Positions 62,728 to 64,000 of a stretch of 64,000 nucleotides of DNA are shown piece by piece. The first letter of the stretch is position 1; every line of letters begins with the position of its first letter. The notes under the pieces were generated by a model. It did not search any database. It was not told the origin of the DNA and was given only the letters and a program-made list of their open reading frames with translations. The stretch is from Bacilli bacterium (GTDB taxonomy: Bacteria > Bacillota_I > Bacilli_A > RFN20 > CAG-826): positions 6,721-70,720 of the forward strand of contig JAILIV010000050.1 of the NCBI GenBank assembly GCA_024695105.1, given 5' to 3'. The translations under genes were made by a program, and so were the position numbers.

Positions 62728-64000
62728 TTATTTCGCGGAAAAACGATACAGATACTGGTACGTTTTCCTCAAGTTTTTATAAAGGCTCTTATACGCCCCG
62801 TTGAACAATCGGTCGTAGATTTTCGTGTTTTCCGGATTCGGCTCGAAGCGCTTTTCCACGCGCACCATGTGCTTCACCGCTTCCTCGGCGGAATGGTATA
62901 CGCCCAGGGACAAGAACCCGCCGATCGCGGCCCCAAGGGAGGAAGTCTCAACCGTCTGCACTTTCTCAACGGGCAGCCCAAAGAGGTCCGCATAGATTTG
63001 GCACACTTCGTCCGAACGCGCGCCACCGCCGGAAATGCGCAGTCCTTTGAACTTGTTCTTTAAGCGCTTCTCAAACGTTTCCTTCGCCTGACGAAGTTCG
63101 AAGCCGATGCCCTCGATGATCGCACGGTAGAAGTGGGCACGGGTGGTGTAATCGGAGAAGCCCACGACCGCGCCTTTCACCTCGGGGTGCTCCAGCGGAG
63201 AGCCCCAATACGGTTGCAGCAACAGGCCATCGCATCCAGGAGGGACCTGAGCAAGCTGGGCGTTATATTCCTCTGGCGAGACGTCGTCGACGATAAGGTC
63301 ATCGATCTTATACGCCCCGAATTCCTTCAAGAACCAGTTGATCATCCAGAACCCGCGGTAAATCTGCACGTCGAGGTTGTAGACGCCGGGTTGTACGGAG
63401 GGATAGGCTGGGAGGAAGGGCTGGGGGCCGACGTATTTCTTGGTCACGGTCTCTAGCGTGCAAGCCGTGCCTAGGGAAATGGCGCCATAGGAGTTATCGA
63501 ATACTCCGCAGCCAAGAGTTTCGCAGGACTTATCCGAGCCTCCAGCGAAAAGTGGCACACCGAAAGGAAGGCCCGTCAAAGAGGCGGCTTCTTCCGTGAT
63601 CCTACCAAGCAGGCCTTGGGTGTCCACGAGTTCGGGAAGCTGGTCTCCGCGGATGGAGAAAATCTGTCCCTGCAAATGCTTTTCGGGGTTTTTGTACCAA
63701 CGTTTGTTCTTGTAATCCAAGGGGTAATGGCCCGTGAAATCCGAGGGAGAATCCTTCAACTCCCCCGTAAGGCGATAGACGAAGTAGGTGGAAATGGAAA
63801 TGTATTTGTCGATTTTGGCGAAGTTCTCGGGTTCGTTTTCCTTCAGCCAGTTGGACATCGTGCGCCGCCGATTCATGCGGATGACGTCGGCTTTACCCAC
63901 CAAGGCGAATAACGTCCTTGCCACGAAAGGCAACGGCTCCTTGCATTCCGCCATGCGGGAATCCAACCAAAGAATGGAGGGGCGGATGACCTTATGGTCT
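62728..64000 (-). CDS. FGGY-family carbohydrate kinase (xylulokinase/glycerol-kinase-like), 5' end outside the window
   Basis: The frame stays open to the window edge (…DHKVIRPSILWLDSRMAE…). The 'M' at 63966 in the ORF track is a TTG inside the gene. C-terminal FGGY motif GGGARS. Confidence 0.8.
   Translation of the reverse strand, partial: DHKVIRPSILWLDSRMAECKEPLPFVARTLFALVGKADVIRMNRRRTMSNWLKENEPENFAKIDKYISISTYFVYRLTGELKDSPSDFTGHYPLDYKNKRWYKNPEKHLQGQIFSIRGDQLPELVDTQGLLGRITEEAASLTGLPFGVPLFAGGSDKSCETLGCGVFDNSYGAISLGTACTLETVTKKYVGPQPFLPAYPSVQPGVYNLDVQIYRGFWMINWFLKEFGAYKIDDLIVDDVSPEEYNAQLAQVPPGCDGLLLQPYWGSPLEHPEVKGAVVGFSDYTTRAHFYRAIIEGIGFELRQAKETFEKRLKNKFKGLRISGGGARSDEVCQIYADLFGLPVEKVQTVETSSLGAAIGGFLSLGVYHSAEEAVKHMVRVEKRFEPNPENTKIYDRLFNGAYKSLYKNLRKTYQYLYRFSAK

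Noticed and set aside
1-64000. Scan for CRISPR arrays, tRNA/rRNA genes, IS elements, integrases and long direct repeats
   Set aside because: I saw no spaced direct repeats, no cloverleaf-like or rRNA-like intergenic segments (all gaps are under 215 nt), and no transposase or integrase ORFs. Apart from the possible 37-aa peptide ORF at 56066-56179, the intergenic gaps hold only promoter, operator and terminator candidates.

Overview
Dense chromosomal backbone segment of a Bacillota (Firmicutes)-type genome. About 60 CDS are present, mostly on the minus strand, and many neighbours overlap by 1, 4 or 8 nt at start/stop codons. GC is in the low to mid 50s percent by eye, except for a lower-GC tract at about 40.5-45.2 kb. 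Gene order follows the Bacillus-like backbone in compacted form: folD, secG, uvrB, prfB (with its +1 frameshift), secA, comFC/comFA, tsaC-rpiB fusion, prmC, prfA | dnaX, ybaB, recR, tmk, holB, ricT, rsmI | yfhO, two P-II-like genes, a duplicated DUF1538 membrane protein, rluD-like, patatin, esterase, HAD, GH2 | M24 peptidase | csoR-copZ-copA, hsp20, lysS | MarR + heterodimeric ABC exporter, hypoxanthine/uracil-DNA glycosylase-family gene, dusB, ftsH, tilS, rqcP(yabO), mfd, pth | flavodoxin, ABC exporter, anchored protein | geranylgeranyl-reductase-family flavoprotein <> DUF368 | TetR + second heterodimeric ABC exporter | FGGY kinase (truncated at the window edge). I recognised no rRNA, tRNA, CRISPR array, transposase or integrase. 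The best candidate for an undescribed system is the translationally chained module DUF1538x2 membrane protein -> P-II-like -> P-II-like -> 1112-aa YfhO (20578-26274). Other notable observations: (1) eight operon-leading genes share a promoter shape with a -10 box (often TGn-extended) 6-9 nt upstream of ATG and no Shine-Dalgarno, which suggests leaderless mRNAs; (2) SecA carries a tandem duplication of its whole C-terminal helical module in place of a Zn-finger tail; (3) a sigma-A promoter bracketed by two CIRCE elements drives hsp20; (4) a polyprenyl-related divergent pair, GGR-family reductase and DUF368.
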